Assembly (NCBI RefSeq): GCF_006345805.1 | Contig: NC_043024.1 | Coordinates: forward strand, 16,554,001-16,618,000 | DNA from: Octopus sinensis | Taxonomy: Eukaryota | Direction of reading: 5' to 3' | Length of the DNA: 64,000 bases | In this document: one piece after another, positions 11,873 to 24,799 of the stretch | How the letters are laid out: the number at the start of each line of letters is the position of its first letter | Numbering within the stretch: the first letter of the stretch is position 1 | The notes under the pieces: model-generated | Database searches by the model: none | What the model saw: the letters and a program-made list of their open reading frames with translations, nothing else | What the model was told of the DNA's origin: nothing | Made by a program: the position numbers and the translations under genes

Positions 11873-12973
11873 TCTAATTGTCACAATGTAGAATCTCTGT
11901 TTCTAATTGTCCTAACGTAGAATTCATAGGTTCATTTTTTATTCTTTCATTATCCACTGATGTCACCAAAAGTGAAATACAAAAGTAGCTTTTCTTCGAT
12001 TATATTTCTTCTTAGTATTCTTTTTGTATGTGTTTGTGTACTTGAGATATTTTTTTAGTTCCCTTTGAATTCAATTTTGGATCTCCTCGAGAACATTGAT
12101 GACATTAACATGTATTTTCAGATATATAAATTTCAATGATATTTTCTGTATTTAAATATGTTGATACAACAAAAACAATTGTCAGTTTTGTATGGTGAAT
12201 TCAACAGTTAAAGATGTGATTTTTCTCTATTTGTATTTTTGTTGAATACATATATTTTTTGTCATATGTAGATTTGGGGATTGATCCAGTACCAGACAAA
12301 GGTTCTGGATTATTTTTCTGGCTTTTTTTACTTAATTTTTGAGAGTGGTCAAGTTCATTTTTAGTTTTCTCATATGTGAGAGGAGTGAAGTTTATTTCAG
12401 ATATTCTCATTTAGAGAGAGAGAGAGAGAGAGATGCAAATAAACAACTAAACATGCTTGGGCCTGATATATAAAATATACATGCATTCATATATATATAT
12501 ATATATACACGCACACACATGCACATGTAAATATATTTGGGGATTTATATTTAGAGAGAGAAGCAAAAGCTGAAAATATCCAAGAGATGAACATTCACCA
12601 CGTGTTTTCTATATTGAGCATCTCTGGATTTCACCTGTTGACTTTATCTCTCTCTCTCTGTATGTTTGTATGTATGCACATGTATGTTTGTGAGAGCGTA
12701 CACACACACAAACACACACACGCACACACACACACACACACACAAAAACACACACACATACATAGTTGGATCTGATTTCTTATTGAGTTTAGTAAACTGA
12801 ACAAAGAATGCTATGAGCTTTTGCTCAGGAATATAATACAATATTAGTGGAGAAATTTGAATCCATAGTCAAATGGCCATTTATCCAGTACCTTAATCTC
12901 CTTAGCTTTTGTTCCCATTCCACATTAAATTCATTCATATTCTCTATAATGGCTTTTGTAAGATTTTTCCTTG

Positions 12974-13361
12974 TTACCTCTGCCTTCGCTAAGGTGGAAA
13001 GGTATTGTTTTCAGTCATGTTTGTTTGTTTGTTTGTCCCTGGACAAGATATCTCAAGAACCTCTGGATGGATTCGAATTAAACTTTCAGGGATGTTTGGC
13101 CTCATGACTGGCACAAACTGATTAGATTTTGGGATCGATTCAGTACTGGCCAAGGATTCTGGATTATTTTTCCAGCTTTTTTACTTAATTTTTGAGAGCA
13201 GTTGGGTTTCATTTTTAGTATTCTTGTTTGTGAGAGCAGCTGAGCTTATTTCAGATATTCTCATTTTAAAAATCATCTCTGGTTAATCGTTGAGAGGATG
13301 GTGGCGTAGAGGGTGGTGTTATTGCCTTGGCAGCGGTTTTTGCTTTCTGAGTGCTCTTGTT
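12974..13361 (+). mobile_element. HINE/DINE-1-like (Helentron-associated) non-autonomous element
   Basis: 5' TTACCTCTGCC..AAGG, (GTTT)n microsatellite, 3' inverted copy CCTTGGCAGCGGT followed by TCTGAGTGCTCTTGTT; partial second copy at about 12270-12410. Confidence 0.65.
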
Positions 13362-13384
13362 CTTACTGTTATTATGGTTGGCAG

Positions 13385-13575
13385 TGCTTGACCAGAGGTC
13401 TGCCTTGATTGAACTAACATATGGTCAAAGGTATTCTAGCCATGATTGTCCCTCATTTTTCCATGCATAGTGAACACAACAGGACTTTATTCAACATGCC
13501 CTTTTTGCAGACAGTGGGGTGTGCTTTGAGGGGATCTTGTTGCTGTTTCTTGCAGATTGTGTGACCACATAGAGG
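13385..13575 (-). repeat. unclassified ~200-bp dispersed repeat, family F
   Basis: Shared motifs GGTCAAAGGTATTCTAGCCATGA and TTTGAGGGG..TTGCTGTTTCTTGC; related copies near 1085, 38955, 42105, 42335, 55305 and 59255. Confidence 0.6.
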
Positions 13576-13912
13576 TTCCCTTGTTGTCTTGTGTAGTTGA
13601 TGGAGAAGATGTTGATGGTGTCAGTGATGGTGATGATAATTGTCGTCATCATCATCATCATCATCATCATCATGATACTGGTAGTGCCCACAGTGATGTT
13701 AATGAAATTAATAAGGTAGGGTAATGGATGGACTAGTGGTGATGACGATGATGGATGTGATGGTGATGATGTCAGATGTGGCAATGATGAGGAGGGTGAG
13801 GAGGATGTCCATGGTGGTGTTAGTGAAAGGTTTTGTTGATGTTAATAGAGAGAGAGACTGGGTGAAACAGAGAGAGAGGGAGAATGAGTGGCAGGGAGGA
13901 AATGATTGTGCA

Positions 13913-13952
<40 letters not shown>

Positions 13953-14800
13953 GGTGGGAAAGAGAATGGGTGAGAGAGAGAGAGAGAATGGGTGTGAGGG
14001 ACAGAGAAGGGGTGGGTGAGGTAATTTGTAAGTTGATATCACTCTAACAGTTGATATCTGAAACTGAAGTCTTAAACCTCTTCCATTTAACCTTCCCCCA
14101 AGCAGCAACTAAACTACAATTACCACCACCAACACCATCACCCATACCACCTACACCATCAGAGCAATCCCCCACCACCACTACCATCACAACCAGTAAC
14201 ATCCAACCACGATCACACCACCACCACCACCACCACCACCACCATCAATACCACCACTACTGCCGCCGCCACCACCACCATAATTAAAACTCCAATCCCC
14301 CCATAACCCTCCACCGATTTCCTTTGTCTGTCTCAAGTGAACCATTTAAATCTCTGGTTTTGTAAATCCTGACAATTTCAGTCTGGTGAGAAAAAGCACA
14401 ATAAATTCTAAATGAATTATTTATATTGTTGCTACTATTGTTGATGTTGTTGTTGTTGTTACTAATGTCATGGTTGTTGTTGTTACTAAGGTTATTGTTA
14501 CTGTTACACTTGTTTCACTATTTTTGTTATTTTTATCACTGATGTTGTTGTTGTTGTTACCCTGTTGTTTCTGTTGTTATCACAGGTAGTACCTATGTTA
14601 TCTGATTTCCCTTTGTTTCCTTCAGACACCTTATGCCTCTCTCCCTGGCAACATTCTTTGAAACAAAATTAATAAAATGGAATAATACTGAGGATTGAAT
14701 CATTGAAGAAAAATATATGAATGAATGAAAAGAAGCAGAAGTTGCTGTAGTAATTTAACTTAGGCGTTAGAACTGAACTTTGGAGTTGGGACAGAAAGAA

Positions 14801-15050
14801 AGGCGGCGAGCTGGCAGAATCGTTAGCATGCCAGGCAAAATGCTTAGCGGTAGTTCATCTGCCATTATGTTCTGAGTTCAAATTCCGCCGAGGTCGACTT
14901 TGCCTTTCATCCTTTATCATGATGTAGGTAGTTGATAAATTAAGTACCTGTCATGCACTGGAGTTGATGTAATCGACTTAATCCCTTTGTCTGTCCTTGT
15001 TTGTCCCCTCTATGTTTAGCCCCTTGTGGGCAATAAGGAAATAAGAAATA
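14801..15050 (+). mobile_element. tRNA-derived SINE, family B (tail type 1)
   Basis: Head GGCGGCGAGCTGGCAGAATCGTTAGC, B box GAGTTCAAATTCC, core GGTCGACTTTGCCTTTCATCC, tail TTTAGCCCCTTGTGGGCAATAAGGAAATA. Confidence 0.9.
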
Positions 15051-15139
15051 GTCACTTCTATAGACTGGTTCTTTATTTCCAGTACCCTGAAACAATGAAA
15101 GTTAAATTTGACCTTGACTGTATTTGAACTCAGAATTGT

Positions 15140-15612
15140 AAGTGAAATCGTAGTCGTGACTGATGTTGGTGTCATGTAACTGGCACCCATGCTGGTGGCA
15201 CATGGCACCTTTTGAGCATTGGGCCTCACAGAGGCAATGTGGCTGATGCCAGTGTTTTGTAACTAGCACCCATGTGCTAGCTGGTGGCACATAAAAGGCA
15301 CCTTTTAAGCATTGGGTCTCACAGAGGGAATATGGATGATGCCAGTGTCGTATTACTAGCACCCATGCTGGTGGCACATAAAAAGCACCTTTTGAGCATT
15401 GGGCCACATGGAAACAATGGCAAATGATTGAGACCTTTGGCAATATGCTATGCTTGAGTAGAGAGACTCATTGAGCCAAGTGAAATCGTAGTTGTGGCAG
15501 ATACTGGTGTCATGCAACTGGCACCTGTGTCAGTGGCACATAAAAGCACCCATTACATTCTCGGAGTGGTTGGCATTAGGAAGGGCATCCAGCCGTAGAA
15601 ACCATACCAAAT
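15140..15612 (+). mobile_element. RTE LINE 3' UTR fragments with internal repeats
   Basis: Repeated GGTGGCACATAAAAAGCACC units followed by GGAGTGGTTGGCATTAGGAAGGGCATCCAGC. Confidence 0.8.
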
Positions 15613-15943
15613 TCAGGTTATGCATACAGAGAATTTAACCCTTACAAGTATTTAATGCCTTGAGAGTGGTCCAAAGTGCATGTAGTATTGGTCGTATGGT
15701 GTTTGGTATACTCCAGGATGTCTGACAGGTTGGGAATCCCTTTTGGTGTATTATAAGCAAAGAGATAAACAACAAACAAAAGATGATTGTTAGTTCATTA
15801 CAACTGTTTCTAATGCATTTTTTAAAATAGATGAATGAGTACATTACATCATAGCAAAAAAAGAACTACACTCCAGCTTGGGCTGGAGTCTAGATGTGTT
15901 CCTACTGTGTTCATGGATTGATCTGCTATTGTTTGAAATTCTA

Positions 15944-16022
15944 TGTATCATCTGATGAAAACAGCTTTTTGCTATGATGTAATTGATCTATCAAAAATGT
16001 GTTAGAAACAGCTGTAATGAAC
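15944..16022 (+). ncRNA. hammerhead ribozyme-like motif (type I, Penelope-like)
   Basis: TCAT-CTGATGA (15952-15958), long pairable stem II, GAAA (16005-16008), palindromic stem III ACAGCTGT, GTA cleavage triplet, then ATGA pairing with TCAT. Confidence 0.6.
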
Positions 16023-16568
16023 TGACCTTCATCCATTGTTTGTTATTTATATATCTGCTAATATGTGTGTGTATGTTATGTGTGCATGTCTTCGCCCCTG
16101 TGTTTGTCCTCCACCATCGCTTGGAAACTGGTATTGGTGTCTGTCTCCATAACCTGGAGGTTCACCAAAAGATATTAATAAAATAGGTATCAGGCTTGCA
16201 AAAAAAAAAAAATCCTGGGGTCAATTCATCCAATTAAGAGTTCTTGAAGGCGGGGCCTCAGAATGACCACAGTCTCATGACTGAAACAAAAGATAAAAGA
16301 TGAAGGATTAATGATTAAAAATTTAACGAGAAATAATTATGTGGTGTTAGATAGTTAAGTTAATGTTAGCATATTCAGTGTAAAGAGTATTAAAAAGTTA
16401 ATTATAAATAATTATGAGGGGGAAAAATGAACCTACAGTAATCATTAGCTGACAGTGTTTTAATAATTTCAGTCAGTAAAAGATAGAGACAAACTGAACA
16501 TGTTTGAATGTTATTGCAACCTCTTTAACAAAATATAAACTTCACTGCAATGATGGGAGAATCCTTAA

Positions 16569-16787
16569 TCCTTTAGCATTTAGATTATTATATCAAATAT
16601 AATGTTTGTTTAGACACATTGTTTAGAATTAATCCAGCATTATCTTGTAGCTTTGAGATTTTGAGGATATGATTATTCATTTTCAGAATGACATTGTAGG
16701 TTGGAGCAAAAGGCTGGATCTGGACGGTTTGAATATAAAACAAGTCGAATGTCATGGTTGGGTATGGCCTGTTTAAATGCTGAAGGG
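16569..16787. mobile_element. piggyBac-type MITE, family P1
   Basis: TTAA at 16565-16568 and 16788-16791; termini TCCTTTAGCATTT and AAATGCTGAAGGG. Confidence 0.8.
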
Positions 16788-16852
16788 TTAAACAAGTGTA
16801 AAAGATTGTACATTGTTTTGTGTAAGAAGATAGAGTAATTTAAAGAATAAAT

Positions 16853-17031
16853 ATGCAGAGGAGTGGCTGTGTGGTAAGTAGCTTGCTTACGAACTACATG
16901 GTTCCGGGTTCAGTCCCACTGCCTGGCACCTTGGCCAAGTGTCTTCTGCTATAGCCTCAGACCAACCAAAGCCTTGTGAGTGGATTTGGTAGATGGAAAC
17001 TGAAAGAAGTGTGTGTGTGTGTGCGTGTGTG

Positions 17032-17066
<35 letters not shown>

Positions 17067-17270
17067 GTTTGTGTGTCTGTGTTTGTTCCCCCAACATTGC
17101 TTGACAACTGATGCTCGTGTGTTTACGTCCCCATAACTTAGCGGTTTGGCAAAAGAGACCGATAGAATAAATACTAGGCTAACAAAGAATAAGTCCTGGG
17201 GTCGATGTGCTTGACTAAAGGTGGTGCTCCTGCATGGCCGCAGTCAAATGACTGAAACAAGTAAAAGAGA
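16853..17270 (+). mobile_element. SINE family A, full length
   Basis: Complete head, internal (TG)/(TA) microsatellite and tail. Confidence 0.92.
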
Positions 17271-18009
17271 GAGAGGTGATGTGTTAACACATCTGTGCCA
17301 GTGCTATGTAAATGCACCATGCCAGTGGCACATAAAAAGTACCCAGCATGTTGTAAAGTGGTTGGTGTTAGGAAAGGCATCCAGCCATAGAAAGCATGTC
17401 ATAACAGACAGCTCCCTGCTGACCAGCGCTTGTCAAACCACCCAACCCATGCCAGCATGGATAACAGTAGTTAAACGATGATGATGATACACCATCTGCA
17501 TGAGCAACAATAGTTAAGTGTAAATATGTTTAATTCAAGGAATATAGCAACTGTAGAACTAGTAGCAGTCACGCTCAAAGAGCAGGAGGGTCAGCTCAAG
17601 CGCTTCACTTTTCCACTTATTTATAGCCTTGTACCAATGTAAGAAGTTATTATGATTTGCTAGTATAAGCAGTGGGAGTATTATGAAATTGCTGCATGTT
17701 TCAAAAGCTATCAATGGTGAGTTCAGTTCTGCTTGTAAGTGTTCAGTCCAGGAAAGGTTTCATCTCTGATCTAATTAATGCTAGTAGTGAAGCATTTCAT
17801 CTGTGGATCCTTTATTGTGAAACTGAAATGCAAACAAGGACATATTGATCAGAGACAAGACAGCCTGTCAATGTGGATGTTCACAAAATAGACATAGGCA
17901 GTTTATTGATATTTACAACACCATCATTATCAGCCAGCCATTTCTCCATGGTTGCCTAATACACACACACACGTACATATATATATTATATATATTATAT
18001 ATGTATATA

Positions 18010-18530
18010 CAAGGTGCAGTGAATATATTGTTGTCTATATTATGCAAAAAACGAAAATGACATTGACATTTCCTTTTAACAGATATATTTACCAAAATTA
18101 CATAAAAATATCTTGAAATACTAAAGAGGAAATTTATTCAATAAAATCGCCATAGGCCAGACGACTTTGGAATCTCCTGCAGCTCTTCCGGATGGTCTCC
18201 TTGTTCAAGTTGGTGAATGCTGCCATAATTCTTGCCCGTTGTTACAAGGAGTTTTGTTGGTCTCTCGCTCAACTGCGCTCCACACATAATCAAGAGTATT
18301 GCAGTCTGGGGAGTTAGGTGGCCAAATGTTAGGGGTGATGTGGTTGCAGAAATTGTCTGATAGCCACGACTGGGTTCCCTTGCTTGAGTGACTCACACTC
18401 TCTTGTCCCCCTCCAACCCTTCCTTGTGATAAACTCTCTGGCTCTTCTATCCAACACTTGGCCTGAATAGCCACCTCAGGCATTGGTACCTTTGCACCCA
18501 TCAGAATGAAGAGGCATAATCACTCACTAC
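18010..18530 (-). mobile_element. Tc1/mariner superfamily (maT/DD37D-like) transposase remnant
   Basis: Minus-strand QSWLSDNF...IWPPNSPDCNTLDYVWSAVERETN resembles the WPPNSPDLNPLDY motif. Confidence 0.7.
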
Positions 18531-18554
18531 AGATTAACTACTCAGATATATATC

Positions 18555-20810
18555 ATCACTGCCGTTTAACGTCCGCTTGACAGTTTGACTGAGGGCTGGA
18601 AAGCCAGGAGGCTTTACCAGGCTCCAATCTGATCTAGCAAAGTTACTGGATGCCCTTCCTAATGTCAACCATTCTAAGAGTGTAGTGGGTGCTTTTTATG
18701 TGCCATCAGCATGAAGGCCAGTGAGGCAGTACTGGCATCAACCACACTTGAATGGTGCTTTCTACATGCCACTGGCACAGGACCAGTCAGCCAGCACTAG
18801 CATCAACTATGCTCGAATGGTGCCTTTTACATGCCATTGGCATACAAGCCAGTCAGGTGGTACTGGCAACGATCATGCTCAAATGGTGCTTTTAACATGC
18901 CACTGGTATGGGTGCCAATCAGGTGGTACTGTCATCGGCCACAACAACAATTCCACTTGCCTCAGTAGGTTTTCACATAGTTTATTGTCCAATGATTGAA
19001 GGGTACTCTTAAATGGGCTGGTCATGCTGCATTGGCATAGGCCATGGGTTATGGTCTCACTTGGCTTGCTGGGTCTTCTCAATCACAGCATATCTCCGAA
19101 GGTTTTGGTCACTTGTCATTGTCTCAGTGAGGCCCAATGTTTGAAGGTTGTGCTTCACCACCTCATCCCAAGTCTTCCTGGGACTACCTCTTCTATAGGT
19201 TCCCCCTACTGCAAGGGTGTGGCACTTTTTCACACATCCATACGCAATACATGACCATACCTATTTCTTTATTACCCACAAGGGGCTAAACATAGAGGGG
19301 ACAAACAAGGACAGACATAGGTATTAAGTTGATTACATCGACCCAGTGCGTAACTGATACTTAATTTATCGACCCCGAAAGGATGAAAAGCAAAGTCGAC
19401 CTCGGTGGAATTTGAACTCAAAACGTAACGACAGACGCAATACGGCTACGCATTTTGCCCGCCGTACTAACGTTTCTGCCAGCTCGACGCCTTGTACATG
19501 ACCATACCAGCACAGTTGTCCCTCTTGCACACCACATCTGATGCTTAAGTCCAACTTGTCTCTCAGGGCACTTATACTCTGTTGTGTATGTTTCACTGCC
19601 ATATAGCATGGCTGTTCGTACACATGTATCATACAGTCTAACTGTTACTTGAAGTGAAAGGCCCTTTGACACTAGCAGCTACACTTTCAGAGCATCCACC
19701 CTTGCTACTGACTTGGTCACCTAGGTAACGGAAGCTATCAGCTACTTCTAGTTTTTCTCCCTGGAATGTGACAAAAGCTGTTCTCTGCACATTTTCAGTG
19801 TTATTTATTGCTTCCGAGCATCTGCCACATACAAAAACTATCTTCCCAGTTAGCCTTCCTTTGACATTGCTGCACCTCTTATGTGTCCAGAGCTTACACT
19901 GGGTACATCTTATAGAGTTTCTAACTATGCCTTTTCTACAGAACAAGCAGAGCCATCTACCTGAAGGGAATTGTGATTTGTCTGCCTTCCTACTTATTAA
20001 GACTTTGGTTTTAGCTAGATTGACTGTAAGGCCCTTCGATTCTAGCTCTTGCTTCCACACCTGAAACTTCTCTAGTTTTGATAGTGACTCACCTATTAGA
20101 GCAAGGTTGTCAGCATAGAGAATCTCCCAGGGACATCCTGTGTTGAATTCCTCTGTTATTGCTTGGAGGACTATGATGAATAAGATGGGGCTGAGGACTG
20201 AACCTTGGTGGACCCCTACCTCTACCCGGAATTCTTCACTGTACTTGTTGCCAACCCTCACCTTACTGACAGCATCCCAGTACATGGCTAGTACAGCTCT
20301 CACTAACCATTCATCTATTCCTAGTTTTTGCTTCTTCTACCAGATAAGGGATTGGGAGACCCTGTCAAAGGCTTTCTCCATGTCAAAGAAAGCTAGGTAC
20401 AGAGGTTTATCTTTGGCTGGGTATTTCTCCTGCAGCGATCTTACCAGAAATATAGCATCAGTGATGCTTTTACCTGACACAAACCCAAACTGCATCTCGT
20501 CTAGACTTACTCTCTCCCTAATTAGTTGGGCTATGACCCTCTCTGTGACTTTCATTACCTGATCCAATAACTTGATACCTCTCTAATTGTATCTAATGCA
20601 TTACCTTTACCTTTCTAGCAGTTGACTATTATGCTGCTATACCAGTCATTGTGTATGACTCCTTCATGTATCACCTGACTAGACTATTGCCAACATCACC
20701 AGATATCTTAAGCATCCCTGCAGTGATTCCTGATGGGCCGGGAGCTTTCCCCGTCTTCATACTCTTAATTGCGTTATCTACCAAGGTACTGTCAATTTGG
20801 ATAGCTTAGA
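18555..20810 (-). mobile_element. degenerate 5'-truncated RTE LINE (RT with PHD-like insert), interrupted by SINE B
   Basis: QFGF..GKSITDAIF, DMEKAFDRV, GVHQGSVLSPILF, YADNL, FRYLG motifs with stops and frameshifts; 3' UTR at about 18555-19120. Confidence 0.92.
19262..19494 (-). mobile_element. SINE family B (tail type 1) with 14-bp TSD
   Basis: TSD TACATGACCATACC at 19248-19261 and 19495-19508. Confidence 0.92.
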
Positions 20811-20933
20811 TATATATATGTACATACATATATATACACAATTAGAGGATATGTTAACATCATGAAAAGATGCTTGCATCCAAGGAAATACTGGTTCAAT
20901 ACTTAGTATTTTGGAAGAATTAAATTCCCTTAA

Positions 20934-21154
20934 CCCCTTACCCGGCAGAAACGAATATATGCGTTTTGACCGAAATCGTTTTTTTCTATTTCTGGCAAGT
21001 TAACTCGTCAAAAGATTTTAAAAGATTAAAATTCATAATAAATAAGGTTTGAAATATACCTCGAAATCACCATTCAAAACATAGTAAAATAAAACAATTA
21101 AAAAATATGTCTGAAAAAATACATTTATTTTCAAAATAATTGTTGGGTAAGGGG
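20934..21154. mobile_element. piggyBac-type MITE, family P2
   Basis: TTAA at 20930-20933 and 21155-21158; TIRs CCCCTTACCCGGCA and TGTTGGGTAAGGGG (12/14 match). Confidence 0.85.
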
Positions 21155-21467
21155 TTAAACCAATAGGTATATATATTAAGTATATAGTATATATCCATTT
21201 AAAAGAAGAAAAGAAAATGGAGACAAGTCTGGTGAAACGAATTGATAGGTCCACATTTAACATCTAAAGGTACATCTTTTTTTTCTTTCTCTGAGGAAAT
21301 TATACTCATGTCACATAAATGTAAATTTAATGTACAAATTTGTAATAAATTTATTGAGTATTAATTGACACAGCTGTAAGAAGTGAAGGTGACCAATTTG
21401 TTAATAATAAACAACTATTAACTTCCTTATCTTCATTTCCTTTTCTTCTTTTAAATATTTAAATATA

Positions 21468-23414
21468 TCTATAATATAAATCCCATTCCGTCTGTGTGTG
21501 TAAAAGCATAACAGCCATATTTTTCAACTGAACTTCTCGAAACTGGGAACATTACATTACTTATGTTCGAGGAATGGTTTTAGACTCTCAAACATTTTTC
21601 ACATAATGAATAACGGGGCCCCTGGGGGCGGAAAACACCCATTCATGGATTCTGTAGAGAAGGAAGGTAACTCTTTGCGAAGTAACTTTAAGAAAGTAAT
21701 TGTCTCCCTTACATCCACTGGTCATATATCGAAAAAATATTGCTTTTTATGTTAGATTCACATCTTTGAAAGTTTGAAAAAATATTTACTTCTGATTTTC
21801 TAGTGTCAGTGACGTCTATATTGGTATCTATATCTCTCTATCCATCTCTGTCTTGCTCTCTATATCTTATCTATCTATCTATATCTATCTTATTTGTCTA
21901 ACTAGCTAGTATGTATGTATGTATTTATTTATTTATTAGATGTTGGAAAGCCAAGAAGTTTGTTTCACAATCATGAGGTCCCAGATTTTATTTCAATGCA
22001 TGTCATGTTAGGCAAACATCTGTTACCATTGCCTCTAGTTGACTCAAGTGTTGTGGGTTTAATCAAACAGATGGAAACTGTGTGGAAGTCAGTTCTATAG
22101 TTTCTGCCTTAAATTACAAAGTTTCAGCTTTGTCATCTATACTGTGTAATGTTAAGTTGACCTGAGAATTAAGTTAAGGGTAAATGAGTATTTGCAATAT
22201 TCAGCCATTTGCATGTTGACATAAGTGGTAGGTAGTTCAGTTGCTTGAGCAACTAAATGCTTATCATCAAAACCGATGGCCAATCCCATACATATATGCA
22301 TACATATATACATACGTGTGTGTGTGTATATGTATATATATATATGTGTGTGTGTATATACTGAGAGAGTTATATAAATCCATAGATACATATATTGTGT
22401 AGGTGTTGATTGGATAGACTGGAAACTGTGCTTTTGTCAATTTAATAGCACAGTCTGACTATAACGAAGACAGGGCAATTATATTCAATTAATCGATTGG
22501 TCAGTCAATCAATATCTATCTATCTAATTTTGTTATTCCATTAATCTATCCTCCACCCATTTATCGCTTGTTTGCTTGCTTTATCTTCTATTATGTTATT
22601 CCAATTACATATCCTGCTACACTGCCAAACTACTAAATGGATTTTTGCTATTCATATTCACTCATCTTGACAATGTCCTTTATATTAAGAATCTGGCTTA
22701 ACAAAGCCTGCTTCCAAACGCTGTCCATGAACCAGTGATTGGCTCATTGGAACCATGTAACCAGTGATACCTCATTATATATATTGTTAAAAAAAATCTT
22801 AATCAAAACTCAGTGAAACTCACCTTCAAATTCATACTCAGCTGCTATCAGACTATTAGTAAACCTGCACTGAACACATCAAAATCTTTCTTAGATGTGG
22901 CTGTGTGATAAGAAGCTTGCTTCCCAACCACATGGTTATGGGTTCAGTCCCACTGCGTGACACCTTGTGCAAGTGGACTCTACCATAGCACTGGGTTGAC
23001 CAAAGCCTTGTGAGTGATTTGGTTGACAGAAACTGAAAGAACTACATCATGTATGTATGAATACACACATACACACAAACACACATATATATAGAAGAAT
23101 CGAAGTTAGGCAAATCAGGTTCATATAGACATTCATAGTTATTCAGCCTCAGACCCAACTTGCATGAATTTCTCCAAAAGTATATTCAATACATCAAACA
23201 TATCAAAAAATATATTCTTTTATTGGTTTCAGTCATTTCACTGCAGCCATCTTTAGTTGAACAAATCAGCCCCAGGACTTATTCTTTGTAAGCCTAGTAC
23301 TTATTCTATCGATCTCTTTTGCCAAACCGCTACTTACGGGGGATGTAAACACACCAACATTGGTTGTCAAGCAATGGTTGGGGGACAAACACTGACATAC
23401 AAACATATACATAT

Positions 23415-23445
<31 letters not shown>

Positions 23446-24799
23446 TATATATATTGTATGGAACCATGTGGTTTGGAAGCGAGATTTTTACCACTCAGCC
23501 AAACCACATGGTTCCAGGTTCAGTCCCACTTTTTTTCAATATCTATTTTGGCTTGCAATATCTGGTTCTTTTAGCCAAACTATCGTAACTCCAGCTGCTT
23601 CATTCCAAGATATAAAAAATTGTCAACNNNNNNNNNNNNNNNNNNNNNNNNNNNNNNNNNNNNNNNNNNNNNNNNNNNNNNNNNNNNNNNNNNNNNNNNN
23701 NNNNNNNNNNNNNNNNNNNNNNNNNNNTCTCTCGAAACATTTTTATTAACACTTTCTCTCACTGAATATGTGTGTCCGTGTGTCCATCAGTGTGTGTGTG
23801 CATGCATATCTGTAAGGAATTTCATTAGGGCGACAGAGTGATTTAAAACCATATGTAAATGCTAATTTATTTTAATAGCATCTTTTTCTGTTAGTAAATA
23901 TGTTTTTCCTTACACACACACACACGGACTTGCTCTCTGCAAGGTGATGAATCAAAAATTTAAATTACAAAGCTTTTTGCAGTTGTTTACATACAAGCAA
24001 TGGATCACCACATAATCATTCCAGAAAATATGTTTATGGGGAGAAAAATATTGAAAATGTTAGTGTGTGACAAGAAAGGTAACAGGTGGCCATGGGATGT
24101 GCTAGAAATAACAGCTTTAAATCACATACCTTTTTGCCTGAAAATTATTTTGAAATTATAAACAGCAACACATTGCAGATTTGGACTGCCATATTTTTAA
24201 ACTAAGAGGAAAAAACAAATTTGGGAAAAAAGCCAAAATTGTAGGATTTATGGAAGGGCAGCATTAATGATAAAATTAAAGATTTCACTATTGTTTTTGA
24301 ATTTCATTTTCTGTTTGAAAATATAGAAAGTAGGGATTGTTACAATGATTGCCATTTCCAAATGTTTTTCTTTTTTTAAAACTTTCGAGGTTTCTCTCAT
24401 CATTTTTAAGTGCATATTGCAAAAAAAAAAAGAAAAGACCAAAATTGGTACTCAGTGGGGGAAGGGGCTTGAAAAATATTCATAAATTTTCAAAAACATT
24501 TCTTATTTTTACTGAAATGGATTTCCCATAGTGCAAAAATAAAGAATAAAAAATGGACAAAATTGGTCCAGAAGTGGGAGATAGAATTCATAAATTACTG
24601 ATAACATTGGAATTCATAAATTTTCAAAATGCCTTTTCATAAAAAGCATTCCCTGCATCATTTGCAAAAGTGTTGTGGAAAAATATTTTGAAAAATCCCT
24701 GTCAAAATGGAGAAAATCCAATTTGAGTGTGGTATTCCAAAAATGGGACAAGGCATTCAATTGTGAAAATTATCCAGCAAGAAAGGGATACTCAGCTAT
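21468..24799 (+). mobile_element. possible non-autonomous Helitron remnant(s), heavily interrupted
   Basis: 5' end A|TCTATAATATAAA..GTCTGTGTG at 21468; 3'-like end CCAGCAAGAAAGGGATACTCAGCTA near 24775-24799; spans SINEs and the gap, so the two ends may belong to different copies. Confidence 0.35.
23628..23727. other. assembly gap (100 N)
   Basis: Run of exactly 100 N, typical of a placeholder of unknown true size. Confidence 1.

Noticed and set aside
23460-23515. Perfect 17-bp inverted repeat GGAACCATGTGGTTTGG / CCAAACCACATGGTTCC
   Set aside because: Explained by two head-to-head SINE A fragments, and it lies about 110 bp from a gap where assembly is least reliable
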